Shown here in pieces: positions 1-10,468 of a stretch of DNA of 45,401 nt. The first letter of the stretch is position 1. Each line of letters begins with the position of its first letter. The notes beneath the pieces were generated by a model. It did not search any database and was not told where the DNA came from. It saw only the letters and a list, made by a program, of their open reading frames with translations. Origin of the DNA: Gaiellaceae bacterium. GTDB lineage: Bacteria > Actinomycetota > Thermoleophilia > Gaiellales > Gaiellaceae. The translations under genes and the position numbers were made by a program. The stretch spans positions 1 through 45,401 of the forward strand of contig DATAOL010000027.1 of NCBI GenBank assembly GCA_036265755.1, in the 5' to 3' direction.

Positions 1-837
1 TTCCGTGAGCTCTGGAGGCAGATCGAGCCCTTCGGGCCACCCGATCGCCGCGTTGCCTGCGAGCGCGAGAACCGACCTCGTGTGGTGCGAGAGACCGCGG
101 TGCCGCTCGCGCGGGTCCCCTTCCGAATAGCGGACGGCCAGTACCGGGTTTCCCCCGAGGGTGGCGGCCGTAGCGACCGCCTCGGCAACGGCGAGGCCGC
201 CGTGGCCCCAGGGGCTGGCGGTACCGACGATCCCCGGCCCGACGGAGCAGACGACCGCGTCGTAGGCCTGCTCGGCCGCCCAGACGAAGGCTGCCGCCGC
301 CGAGACCGCAGCGACGTCGCCTTCGACGCAGGGGCCGACGGCGATCGTCGTCTCGATCAGCGCGCGCTCGCGCAATGCGCGCAGCGTGTCCGATAGCGAT
401 ACCGGGAGCGCGCCGCCGGGAACCTGGACGTAGGCGACCCGCAGGCCCTCGCCCAAGCCCACGCAGGCGGGGGCCAACTGGCTGTGCAAGGAGCAACAGA
501 CGACCGGCAGTCCACCCAGCGAGCCGAGCCCGGCGCCGTCCTCTTCCACATGCCGGACGGCGTGCTGAAGCGGCGTGTACGGCAGCTTCATGACGTGGGC
601 ATCGGGAGACGCCGCCAGGTCGAGGCCGCGCGTGAGGTTCGCATGCAGGACGTCGAAGCCGCCGGTGCCGAGCCCGAGCTCGACCGCCTGGACGTTGACG
701 AGCACGTCGTCGCCAAGTGCGACCGCGCCGGTGAGGCCCGGATAGGCAACGCACGGACGTCCATCCACCTCCAGCCGGACGAACCGTTCGTGCCGCTCCG
801 TCACGGCGGTGACGGAGCCGCGTCGGAGGCTAAGCAT
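1..837 (-). CDS. Conserved hypothetical protein (DUF3866-like), partial; its 3' end lies beyond the left window edge
   Basis: Absent from the ORF track because it has no stop inside the window. Translating the minus strand from ATG 835-837 gives an uninterrupted 279-codon frame down to nt 1 (MLSLRRGSVTAVTERHERFVRLEVDGRPCVAYPGLTG...GGFDVLHANL...PWGHGGLAVAEA...RGLSHHTRSVLAL) with strong GC at third positions. The start overlaps the upstream M20 stop by 8 nt. The family name is from memory only. Confidence 0.6.
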   Translation of the reverse strand, partial: MLSLRRGSVTAVTERHERFVRLEVDGRPCVAYPGLTGAVALGDDVLVNVQAVELGLGTGGFDVLHANLTRGLDLAASPDAHVMKLPYTPLQHAVRHVEEDGAGLGSLGGLPVVCCSLHSQLAPACVGLGEGLRVAYVQVPGGALPVSLSDTLRALRERALIETTIAVGPCVEGDVAAVSAAAAFVWAAEQAYDAVVCSVGPGIVGTASPWGHGGLAVAEAVATAATLGGNPVLAVRYSEGDPRERHRGLSHHTRSVLALAGNAAIGWPEGLDLPPELTE

Positions 838-1936
838 TCCGGGCGGCGTCGACGAGCCCGAGCGTGACGTTGAGCATCGCGTCGAGGTCGGCGACGGCGA
901 TGTGCTCCGCCGGCGTGTGCACCTGCATCATCCCGTTCGCGAGGTTGACGCACGGCACACCGCGCGCGTTGAAGACGTTCGCGTCGGCACCCCCGCCGAC
1001 GTCGAGCGGCCGCGGCTCGAGGCCCGCGCTGCGGATGGCTTCCGTCGCAAGTGCGAAGACCGGGTCGTCCGGCCTGAAGCGGTAGCCGGCATACGTCTCG
1101 GAGATCCGCGTCTCCACCTCGCATTCGGCGACGCCCGCCGCGAAGGAGAACGCGTCGAGCATCTCCTGCACGAGGTCGGCGAGCTTCACCTCGTCGCGTG
1201 AGCGCGCCTCCGCGGCGAGCTCGCAGCGGTCCGGGACGACGTTCCGCCCCGTCCCGCCCTGGATGAGGCCGACGTTCGCCGTGGTCTCCTCGTCGATGCG
1301 CCCCAGCCGGAGATCGGCGATCGCTCGCCCAGCCGCTGCGACCGCGGAGCGGCCTTCCTCCGGCGAGAGGCCCGCGTGGGCGGAGCGCCCCTTGAAGACG
1401 ACGTCGATCGTCTTCCCGTACGGCGCCGACCTGACCACCCCGCCGACCGGCCCGCTGCAGTCGTAGACGAAGCCCAGCTTGGAGCGCAGGCGCGTTTGAT
1501 CGAAGGCCTTCGCTCCCTCGAGGCCGACCTCTTCCTTGACGGTGAAGAGGAGTTCCACGCCGCTGTGCGGTCGCCCCTCCGACAAGAGGAGCCGGGCGGC
1601 TTCGAGGAGCACGGCCACGGTCGCCTTGTTGTCGGCGCCGAGGATCGTGCCGGCGCCGTTGCGCACGAGCCCGTCCTCGCCGACCACCGGCTCGATCGGC
1701 CCGACCGGCGGGACGGTGTCCATGTGGGCGCAGAGGAAGATCGACGCATCCCCGTTTTCCTCGGGAGCATCGAGGCGCGCAAGCAGGTTGCCCGCCTCGT
1801 CCGCCTCGCTCGCGACGCCGAGATCGGCCAGGTACTTGGCGATCACTGCGGCGACTGCGTCCTCCTCCCCGGACGGGCTCGGAATCGCCGCGAGCTCGAG
1901 GAACAGGTCGAGCACGCCGTTTGCCCACGTCGCCAT
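830..1936 (-). CDS. M20 family metallopeptidase (PepT-like tripeptidase)
   Basis: This is the 3' 368 codons of tracked ORF 830..2761, starting at ATG 1934-1936 (MATWANGVLDLF...). M20 motifs HMDTV, GADNKA and KEEVGLEGA are present. The 5' part of the tracked ORF runs through pyrG in another frame and is rejected. Confidence 0.85.
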   Translation of the reverse strand: MATWANGVLDLFLELAAIPSPSGEEDAVAAVIAKYLADLGVASEADEAGNLLARLDAPEENGDASIFLCAHMDTVPPVGPIEPVVGEDGLVRNGAGTILGADNKATVAVLLEAARLLLSEGRPHSGVELLFTVKEEVGLEGAKAFDQTRLRSKLGFVYDCSGPVGGVVRSAPYGKTIDVVFKGRSAHAGLSPEEGRSAVAAAGRAIADLRLGRIDEETTANVGLIQGGTGRNVVPDRCELAAEARSRDEVKLADLVQEMLDAFSFAAGVAECEVETRISETYAGYRFRPDDPVFALATEAIRSAGLEPRPLDVGGGADANVFNARGVPCVNLANGMMQVHTPAEHIAVADLDAMLNVTLGLVDAARNA

Positions 1937-1943
1937 GGGCGCG

Positions 1944-1949
1944 ATTCTA
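1944..1949 (-). promoter_or_regulatory. Putative -10 box TAGAAT, 7 nt upstream of the M20 peptidase ATG (leaderless-type arrangement)
   Basis: The minus strand reads CTAGAATCGCGCCC-ATG. There is no Shine-Dalgarno sequence. The extended motif CTAGAATCGC also occurs upstream of the efp and ruvX starts. Confidence 0.45.
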
Positions 1950-1953
1950 GGAG

Positions 1954-3600
<1,647 letters not shown>

Positions 3601-4806
3601 CTAGCTCCTTCCCATCCGGTCGAGCTCTGCGAGGCCAGGCGTCCGCTCGATCAAGTCGCCCAGCGAGCGGCGCTCACCCGCAACGTTGAGAGCGACGACC
3701 CCGGCCACGACGGCCCAGCGACCCCATCCGTGGAATCTGTCCACGGACTTGAAGCCTAGCATGGCCCCAAAGGCATTCGATCCCGCGTCCCCCAGCATCA
3801 CTCTCTCGCGGAGATCGTAGGGAAGTAGCAGGACGGCGAGAGCGAGCGGCGCGTCGAGCGCGACCGCGGCCGCGATGTACGCCTTGAGGGCCCGGCCGGG
3901 CTTCGTGTCGAGCTGGTTCATGAAGTTGGCCGTGCCCGCGACGAGTACCGTGCCGGAGAGGCTTCGGGTTCGCGCGAGCGCCACCAGCGGGATCCCGGCG
4001 AGCTTGAGAATCCCCGTGGTCCTGCCCGCGGCGAGATGCGCCTTGAAGCCGCGCTCCCCTCCGCTCCAGAGATCGTCGGCGAGCCCGATCGCCGTGACCG
4101 CCGCGACTCCCGGATCGGGGCGCAGGCCGGCGAGCCAGCCGACGAGCGGCAGCCTGAGGCCGCGGTGGTTCACCGCCAGCGGGCCCGCCGCGAGTAGGGC
4201 GTCGAGAAGCTGCCGCCCGCGGTGCGCGAAGCCGGCGGGATCGCGGGCGGTCACGCGGTGGTCCAGATCGACCTCGACCTCCTCGACCTGAAGCCCTGCG
4301 CGGAGCGCGTCGACGGTCATCCGGAGCTCGCAGCCGAACCCGGGCGCAAGCGGAAAGCAAGCCGCGCGTGCCCGTGCGCTCACCCGGCGCTGACCTGAAA
4401 GGGGCTCCCTGGGTCGAAAGCCGGTGCGCAGTCGGATGAGCTCGCCCGCTATCCGCTTGGCGATCCCGAAGCCGCCCCCAACGTGCCGGCTGAAGGCGGC
4501 GATACGAAGGTCTGCTTCTCCTTCTGCCAGCGGCGCTAGCGAGCCACGGAGGTCCGCGTCGCAGAGCAGAAGGGGGCCCGGAGCGGCGAGGCGTTCACCC
4601 GCGGAGAGCGCTTCGCCCTTCCCGCGGCGGTCGATCCTGAGGACGATCGCTCCCGCCTGCTCGGCGACCTCCGCGGTGCGGTCGCCGGAGGCGCCGTCGA
4701 CGACGAGGATCTCCGTGTCGTCGAACTCCGCGCGCAGCGCGCCGACCGTTTCCGCGATCCGCTCCTCCTCATTGCGCGCGGCAATGAGGATCGTCAGGTC
4801 AGCCAC
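3601..4806 (-). CDS. Fusion protein: N-terminal GT2 (GT-A fold) glycosyltransferase plus a C-terminal compact MraY/WecA-like (PNPT-like) membrane domain
   Basis: 401-aa ORF. The N-terminal ~200 aa carry ILIAARNEEERI, VVDGASGDRT, GKGEAL and LLLCDADL (DxD). The C-terminal ~190 aa are hydrophobic and carry GLADDLW (DD), NFMNQLD (NxxNxxD) and MLGDAGSNAFG (GDxGS) in the canonical PNPT order. The start overlaps the mctB-like stop by 8 nt, and the stop abuts the pyrG start codon. Confidence 0.8.
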   Translation of the reverse strand: MADLTILIAARNEEERIAETVGALRAEFDDTEILVVDGASGDRTAEVAEQAGAIVLRIDRRGKGEALSAGERLAAPGPLLLCDADLRGSLAPLAEGEADLRIAAFSRHVGGGFGIAKRIAGELIRLRTGFRPREPLSGQRRVSARARAACFPLAPGFGCELRMTVDALRAGLQVEEVEVDLDHRVTARDPAGFAHRGRQLLDALLAAGPLAVNHRGLRLPLVGWLAGLRPDPGVAAVTAIGLADDLWSGGERGFKAHLAAGRTTGILKLAGIPLVALARTRSLSGTVLVAGTANFMNQLDTKPGRALKAYIAAAVALDAPLALAVLLLPYDLRERVMLGDAGSNAFGAMLGFKSVDRFHGWGRWAVVAGVVALNVAGERRSLGDLIERTPGLAELDRMGRS

Positions 4807-5713
4807 CGGGAACGGGCACCGGGACCGGAGGAGCGACGCCGTCGGTCGCCGAGTCCTTCACGCCGTAGTGACCCGGGGTCCCGCCTGCAAGGACGAGCGC
4901 AAGCGCGATGCGGCCGGCCAGGGTCTCGACGTCGTCGACGCTGGACACGCCCTGTGTCCGGTAAAGGTCGATCGCGGAGGCGTCCTCGGTCGTGGTCTCG
5001 ACGCCGACCACGGGGACGCGCGCCTCTCGCAGGCCGCTCAAGAGCCCGTCGACGAGGGTCTCCGTCGGGCGCGCCTGAGCTTCCTGCTCGGCGGTCGGAT
5101 CCTCGGGAGGAGCCCAGGAGCGCACGACGACGACTCCGTCGAGCGGCGGGGTGGTCGCGCCGGACCGCTCCTCGACGAGGTTGCTCGAGAGAGAGCTCCA
5201 CGTCGGCGTCCCCTCCCCGTCGACCAACTCCCGGCCCAGGGCTGTCCCGAGACTCCCGAAGTCGTCGCCGCTCTCCGCGTACTGGGCCAGCGCCTGGTCG
5301 CCGTTCAGCGCGGCGTCGAGGTCGGTGGCGTCCACCGGCGTGTCGACCGCGATCAGGCGCAGCGGGCTCCCGGCGCCCGCGTCGGAGAGGGTGCGCTCGA
5401 TCGCCGAGCGGACGCTGCCGTCCACGGGGCCGACGAAGAGCACCCCGATGTTCTTGCCCTCGAGCCGGTTCTCCATCAGAGCGGGATAGCTGACCTCGAG
5501 GAGCTCCTCGGCCGCGTCGTTTCGCCGCCCGATGATGTCGGCCCGCGCGTTGGCCTGCTTCAGCTGGTCGTTGAGCTGGTTGATCCGGTCGTGGGCGATC
5601 GCGTTGTCGGCGGCGGAGAGCTTCCCGGAGATGGCGACGCCGAGGAGGATCCCCACCGCGAGCGCGATGAAGACCGCCGCGAGCGAGGCGAGGTGGTAGC
5701 GAAGGTCGAACAT
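4799..5713 (-). CDS. Copper transporter MctB-like protein (DUF3186 family)
   Basis: Trimmed from ORF 4799..5794 to ATG 5711-5713. The N-terminus MFDLRYHLASLAAVFIALAVGILLG closely resembles the start of mycobacterial MctB as I recall it, followed by a coiled segment and an extracytoplasmic domain. It sits in the mycobacterial steA-mctB-pyrG position. Confidence 0.7.
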   Translation of the reverse strand: MFDLRYHLASLAAVFIALAVGILLGVAISGKLSAADNAIAHDRINQLNDQLKQANARADIIGRRNDAAEELLEVSYPALMENRLEGKNIGVLFVGPVDGSVRSAIERTLSDAGAGSPLRLIAVDTPVDATDLDAALNGDQALAQYAESGDDFGSLGTALGRELVDGEGTPTWSSLSSNLVEERSGATTPPLDGVVVVRSWAPPEDPTAEQEAQARPTETLVDGLLSGLREARVPVVGVETTTEDASAIDLYRTQGVSSVDDVETLAGRIALALVLAGGTPGHYGVKDSATDGVAPPVPVPVPGG

Positions 5714-5714
5714 C

Positions 5715-6140
5715 TCAAAGGCCTGAAGCAGTCTGGCAGAGGTCGTGCAGCCGGGCGAGAGCCTGCCGCGGCAGCGCATGGCCTCCTTCGGCATAGAAAC
5801 GCCACCACGAGCCCGACACCCAGGCCGTCGCCAGCGTCTGCCGGCCCTCGTCCTCCAGGCGGATGCCCATGTCGAGCTTCTGCGCCAGGTCGTGCCACGC
5901 GAGCTCGCGGCCGGGCTCGACGCGGCGGATGAGCACGAGGCCGGTGCCGAGCGGCTTGCGCATGAACCCGGGACGACGGCTGCGCACGACCTCCCAGCGC
6001 GCGTTCTCGGCGAGTCCGCGCCGGTCCGGCTCGACCCCGGTGTAGGCGGGCCACCAGTCAGGTAGATGGAACGGCTCGGCGACGAGCGCCCACACGTCCT
6101 CGCGGGGCGCGAGCAGGACCCGCGTTTCCTCTTCGGTCAC
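5715..6140 (-). CDS. SRPBCC (START/polyketide-cyclase-like) family protein
   Basis: 141-aa ORF. The GTG start forms a GTGA overlap with the steA stop. The N-terminal pattern ...APREDVWALVAEPFHLPDWWP... is typical of SRPBCC ligand-binding proteins, and GC3 bias is high. Confidence 0.6.
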   Translation of the reverse strand: MTEEETRVLLAPREDVWALVAEPFHLPDWWPAYTGVEPDRRGLAENARWEVVRSRRPGFMRKPLGTGLVLIRRVEPGRELAWHDLAQKLDMGIRLEDEGRQTLATAWVSGSWWRFYAEGGHALPRQALARLHDLCQTASGL

Positions 6141-7270
6141 AGCCCGAGGAGGGACTGCACCCGCTGCGCGAGCAGCTCGATGAAGCGCTGCAGGTCGGAC
6201 GACACCGCGACCGCCGCGACGATCGCGCCGATCCCACCGACGGCGAAGAGCACCATGGGGCCGATGCCGGCGCGACCGCGGAAAAGGCTCGAGACGCCTC
6301 GCGCGTCGATCAGCTTGTCGCCGACCTTGAGCCGCGTGAAGAAGGTCGAGGACATCCCAGCGCGGTTCCTTTCGAGGAACTCGAGCAGGTTGAAGTGCGT
6401 CCCGACAGCGACGATGAGCTCGGCGCCCTTCTCGTGCGCGAGCAGGATGGCCACGTCCTCGCTGATCCCGGGCGACGGGAGCACGGCCGAGGGCAGCCCG
6501 AGGGAGTCGACCCGCTCGCGTCCCGGGGCAGTGCCGTCCGCGTAGGCATGAACGACGAGCTCCGCGCCGCTCCCGAGCGCGCGGTCGGAGACGGAGTCCA
6601 TGTCCCCGACGATGACGTCGGGCTTGTAGCCGGCCTCGATGAGCGCGTCTGCACCGCCGTCAACGCCGACCAGCACCGGGCGGAAGTCCCGGATGTAGCT
6701 CCTGACGATGCGAAGGTCTCGCTTCATCCCCGGGCCGCGGGCGACCACGAGCGCATGGCGGTCGCGGAACCGCGTCTTCACCTGGGGGAGCCGCACGCCC
6801 TCGGTGAGGAGCTTGGCCTCCTCGCGAAGATACAGGAGCGTGTTCTCGGCGAAGCTTTCGAGCGCCTCGGTGACGCGCCCGCGCTGCTCGGCGAGAGCCG
6901 CCACGAGCTCGTCCTCGGTCAGGGCTCGCCCCGCCGCCAGCCTCGAGCCGTTCCGGAAGAGGCTGGAGCCGCGCACGACCAGCGACTCGCCGTCGCGCAC
7001 CTCCTCGAAAAGGTCCGAGTCCCCGTTCACGTCGATGAGCCGCACGCCGCCGCGCACCAGCTCGAGCGGGCCCGCGTTCGGGAACCGGCCGCTCATCGAA
7101 GGCGAGACGTTCACGACCACTCGGACGTTCGTCGCCAGGAGCTCCTCGGCGGAAACGCGGTCGAGGTCCTTGTGGTCGATGATGGCGATGTCGTCCGGGC
7201 CCAGCCGGCGGACGAGGCGCTTCGTGCGCTTGTCCAGGCGCGCGGTGCCGGTGAACTCCACGAAGCTCAC
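6137..7270 (-). CDS. steA: Putative cytokinetic ring protein SteA
   Basis: 377-aa ORF (GTARLDKRTKRLVRRLGPDDIAIIDHKDLDRVSAEEL...; thiamine-pyrophosphokinase-like middle region VGDMDSVSD; C-terminal TM helix). It lies directly downstream of recN as in other Actinobacteria. GTGA overlap with the recN stop. Confidence 0.8.
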   Translation of the reverse strand: MSFVEFTGTARLDKRTKRLVRRLGPDDIAIIDHKDLDRVSAEELLATNVRVVVNVSPSMSGRFPNAGPLELVRGGVRLIDVNGDSDLFEEVRDGESLVVRGSSLFRNGSRLAAGRALTEDELVAALAEQRGRVTEALESFAENTLLYLREEAKLLTEGVRLPQVKTRFRDRHALVVARGPGMKRDLRIVRSYIRDFRPVLVGVDGGADALIEAGYKPDVIVGDMDSVSDRALGSGAELVVHAYADGTAPGRERVDSLGLPSAVLPSPGISEDVAILLAHEKGAELIVAVGTHFNLLEFLERNRAGMSSTFFTRLKVGDKLIDARGVSSLFRGRAGIGPMVLFAVGGIGAIVAAVAVSSDLQRFIELLAQRVQSLLGL

Positions 7271-8910
7271 TGCCGGACCGCCTCGATGAACTCCGCTCCG
7301 CCGAGCATCCGCTCCACCTCTTCCCTTCGTGCGGATTCTGCCAACCGTTCGATCCGCGTGTGGGTCGGGTCGCCGGGCACCTTCTCGACGCGGAAGTGGG
7401 TCTCGGCCGCGCTCGCGATCTGCGGAAGGTGCGTGATCGTCAGCACCTGGGCCCGTTCGGCCAGGCGGCCGAGCGCCTCCGCGACCGCATGCGCCGTACG
7501 ACCGCCGATGCCGGCGTCGATCTCGTCGAAGACGATCGTCGGCTCGCCCGCGCCCGCGTGCGCCACGGCGCGCAGGGCGAGAGCCACGCGCGAGAGCTCT
7601 CCTCCCGAAGCGGTCTCGGCAACGGGGGCAAACGGGAGGCCCGCATTCGGGCGGATGAGGAAGGCGACCTCGTCGCGGCCGCTCGGGCCGTGCTCGCGAT
7701 CCGAGACCCTCGCCTCGAACTCGCCGTCTCCCATGCCGAGCCCCTGCAGTTCGCCGGCCACCGCTTCGCCGAAGGCAGCCCCGGCCGAGCGGCGCGCCTG
7801 GGAAAGCCCGTCCGCCAGCCCCGTCGCGCGGCGCTCCGACTCGGCAACCACCTGCTCGGCGGACGCCAGCGGGTCGATCCCGGCTTCGTGGCCCTCGAGC
7901 TCGGCCCGCGCGGCCTCGGCACGGCCGAGAAGCTCCTCGTAGCTCGATGCACCGAAGCGCCTGCGCGCGTCGGCGATTCGCTCGAGCTCGCCCTCCACCT
8001 CTTCGAGCCGGCCCGGCTCGGCCTCGAGCGCGGCCAGGAAGCCGCGAAGCGCCGAAGCGGCATCCTTCACCCGGAGCTCCGCCTCGCCGAGGTTGACGTA
8101 CTCCGCCTGGAGCTCGGGCGCGAGGTTCGTCACGGGCATGAGCGCGTTGGCGGCACGGGCCACCAGATCGGCCGCACCGCCCTCACCGTGCTCCGGGGTG
8201 AGCGCCTCCGCTGCCTCCGCGGCAGCTTCGGCCAGCTCGGTCACGTGTCGCAGCCGCTCCCGCTCGGCGCGCAGCGAATCCTCGGTGTCCGGCGCGAAGC
8301 CTTCCGTGCGTGCGACGAGCTGCCGCAGCTCCTCGAGCCGCTCCGTTCGGCCTGCCTCCGTGCTCATGAGCTCGTCGCGGTGGCGGCGGGCCATCCCCAT
8401 CTCCCGCCACGCGCGCCCATGCTCGGCGCGAAGCCGGAGCTGTTCCTCCCCGACAAACGCGTCGAGGACGTCGAGCTGGAATGACGGCCTGGCCAGGCGG
8501 CGCTGCTCGAACTGGCCAGACATGGCGAGCAAGCGCTCGACGAGTGCGGCCAGTTCCTCGCGGGGAACGGCGCGACCCCACGCATAGGCGCGCGTCCGTC
8601 CGTCCGCGAAGACGCGCCTTGCAGCGACGAGGCCGTCCTCGTCCTCAGGCTGGAGCTCGGCGAGCGTGGCGAGCGACTCGTCGTCGAGGATTCCCTCTGG
8701 GAGGTCGAAGTCGGCCTCGACATAGGCCTCCGCGGCCCCGGGGCCGAGGTAGCCCGCGTCGCCCGGGGCGCCGAGGAGCAGCCCGATCGCCTGCGCCAGG
8801 ATGGTCTTGCCCGCACCGGTCTCGCCCGTGACGGCGTTCAGCCGGGGGCCGAAGACGAGCTCGGCCTCGCGGATGAGCACGAAGTTCTCGATGCGAAGGC
8901 TGCGGAGCAC
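7267..8910 (-). CDS. recN: DNA repair protein RecN
   Basis: 547-aa ORF. N-terminus MLRSLRIENFVLIREAELVFGPRLNAVTGETGAGKTIL (Walker A), long coiled coil, and C-terminal SGGELSRVALAL...FDEIDAGIGG. Confidence 0.95.
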   Translation of the reverse strand: MLRSLRIENFVLIREAELVFGPRLNAVTGETGAGKTILAQAIGLLLGAPGDAGYLGPGAAEAYVEADFDLPEGILDDESLATLAELQPEDEDGLVAARRVFADGRTRAYAWGRAVPREELAALVERLLAMSGQFEQRRLARPSFQLDVLDAFVGEEQLRLRAEHGRAWREMGMARRHRDELMSTEAGRTERLEELRQLVARTEGFAPDTEDSLRAERERLRHVTELAEAAAEAAEALTPEHGEGGAADLVARAANALMPVTNLAPELQAEYVNLGEAELRVKDAASALRGFLAALEAEPGRLEEVEGELERIADARRRFGASSYEELLGRAEAARAELEGHEAGIDPLASAEQVVAESERRATGLADGLSQARRSAGAAFGEAVAGELQGLGMGDGEFEARVSDREHGPSGRDEVAFLIRPNAGLPFAPVAETASGGELSRVALALRAVAHAGAGEPTIVFDEIDAGIGGRTAHAVAEALGRLAERAQVLTITHLPQIASAAETHFRVEKVPGDPTHTRIERLAESARREEVERMLGGAEFIEAVRQ

Positions 8911-8913
8911 TCT

Positions 8914-9702
8914 CTACGGGAAGACGGCGTGGTAGCGGGTGAAGAAGCTCACCTCGGGGAGAACGGCGAGCGCGGCGGTCTGCTCACCCAGCGAGACGGT
9001 GAGGCGAGCTTCCGGCGAGAGGTCACCCACCGAGGTGCCGTCCACGAGGACGGTCACGTGCTGGGCGCGCGAGCGGTTGGTGACCGTCAGGTCGTGGCCC
9101 CGGGGCAGTACGAGTGGACGCGCATGGAGCGAATGCGGCGCGACGAACGTGATCGCCATTGCCTCGAGGCCCCACATCATCACCGGCCCGCCGTTCGACA
9201 GGTTGTACGCGGTGGAGCCGGAGGGCGTGCAGCAGATCAGGCCGTCGCACGGCTGCCAGCCGAGCTCCTCGCCGCCGACCTCCCAGCCGAGCTCGACCAT
9301 GCGCCCGGGCGTCGCGCTCGTGACGACGACGTCGTTGACCGCGACCTCGCTCCCGTCGGCGAGCGAGGCGGCGAGGGTGCAGAGCTCGACAATGCGGAAA
9401 TCGCCCGCAAAGACGCGCCTGAGCGCCTGGTCGAGACGATCGCCCTCGGCGCTCGTGAGAAAGCCCATGCGCCCGAAGTTCACGCCGAAGACCGGCGTCG
9501 ACGTGCCGAGCGTCGCGCGAAGCGCCCGCAGCATCGTGCCGTCGCCGCCGAGCGCGACCACGATGTCGGGGGTGCCGTCGTCGAGCGAGCCCAGCTCGAC
9601 GCCTGTCTCCGCCGCGAGCCGCTCCACGTGGCTCTCCGCGTCTCCGATCCGCTCGGCCTGGCCGTGCGTGAAGACGGCCGCGCGCGCGATCTTCTCCCCC
9701 AC
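8914..9702 (-). CDS. nadK: NAD(+) kinase
   Basis: Trimmed from ORF 8914..9831 to GTG 9700-9702, 1 nt after the tlyA stop. Contains GGDGTMLRA, GVNFGRMGFL and the C-terminal STAYNLS motif. Confidence 0.9.
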   Translation of the reverse strand: MGEKIARAAVFTHGQAERIGDAESHVERLAAETGVELGSLDDGTPDIVVALGGDGTMLRALRATLGTSTPVFGVNFGRMGFLTSAEGDRLDQALRRVFAGDFRIVELCTLAASLADGSEVAVNDVVVTSATPGRMVELGWEVGGEELGWQPCDGLICCTPSGSTAYNLSNGGPVMMWGLEAMAITFVAPHSLHARPLVLPRGHDLTVTNRSRAQHVTVLVDGTSVGDLSPEARLTVSLGEQTAALAVLPEVSFFTRYHAVFP

Positions 9703-9703
9703 C

Positions 9704-10465
9704 CTACGCCGCCGCGACGAGGTAGAGGAAGAACTCACGGTTTCCCTTCGGGCCCGGCAGGCCGGAGTCGACACTTCCCTCGACCCGGGCGCCCCAGCCC
9801 CCCGCCTGCTCGGCGACAGCATCGACGGCACGCTGCTGGACCTGGGGGTCGCGCACGACCCCGCCCTTGCCGACCTCCGCCCTCCCAGCTTCGAACTGCG
9901 GCTTCACGAGAACGAGCGCGCGCCAGCCGTCGGCGGCGCAAGCGAGCGCCGGAGGAAGCGCCTTCGTCAGCGAGATGAACGACACGTCGCAGGTGACGAG
10001 CGTCGGCCGGAAGGGAAGCTCTTCGCACTCGAGATTCCGGACGTTGACCCGCTCCATCACCATCACACGCGGGTCGTCGCGGAGCTTCGGGTGAAGCTGG
10101 CCGTAGCCGACATCGAGTGCGCAGACGCGGGCCGCACCGGCCTGAAGGAGGCAGTCGGCGAATCCACCGGTCGATGCGCCCACATCGAGGCAGTCCTCGC
10201 CCGTGACGTCGACGCCGAACGCCTCCAGGGCATGGGCGAGCTTCTCGCCTCCCCGCGACACGAACCGCGGGCCGGACTCGATCTCGAGCTCGGCCGACTC
10301 CTCCACCTGCTCGCCTGCTTTCTGGTGGCCGCGCACCCGGCCCGCGAGGACAAGCGCCTGCGCCTGCGAGCGCGTCTCGGCCAGGCCGCGCTCGACCATG
10401 AGGACATCGAGCCGCTTCTTGGTCACACGGAGAGCGTAACGGGTGCTCTGCGCCGCATTCGTCAC
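9704..10465 (-). CDS. tlyA: TlyA family rRNA (cytidine-2'-O)-methyltransferase
   Basis: 253-aa ORF with an S4-like N-terminus (RLDVLMVERGLAETRSQAQALVLAGRV), SRGGEKL and the SAM motif LDVGASTGGF. The start is uncertain: GTG at 10465, or GTG at 10426 (VTKKRLD...). Confidence 0.9.
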   Translation of the reverse strand: MTNAAQSTRYALRVTKKRLDVLMVERGLAETRSQAQALVLAGRVRGHQKAGEQVEESAELEIESGPRFVSRGGEKLAHALEAFGVDVTGEDCLDVGASTGGFADCLLQAGAARVCALDVGYGQLHPKLRDDPRVMVMERVNVRNLECEELPFRPTLVTCDVSFISLTKALPPALACAADGWRALVLVKPQFEAGRAEVGKGGVVRDPQVQQRAVDAVAEQAGGWGARVEGSVDSGLPGPKGNREFFLYLVAAA

Positions 10466-10468
10466 GGC

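Noticed and set aside
801-1928. A 375-aa minus-strand ORF and several 100-200-aa ORFs across 80-2060.
   Set aside because: They are alternative frames or antisense of the DUF3866-like and M20 genes. Their translations are dominated by Arg/Gly/Pro/Ala.
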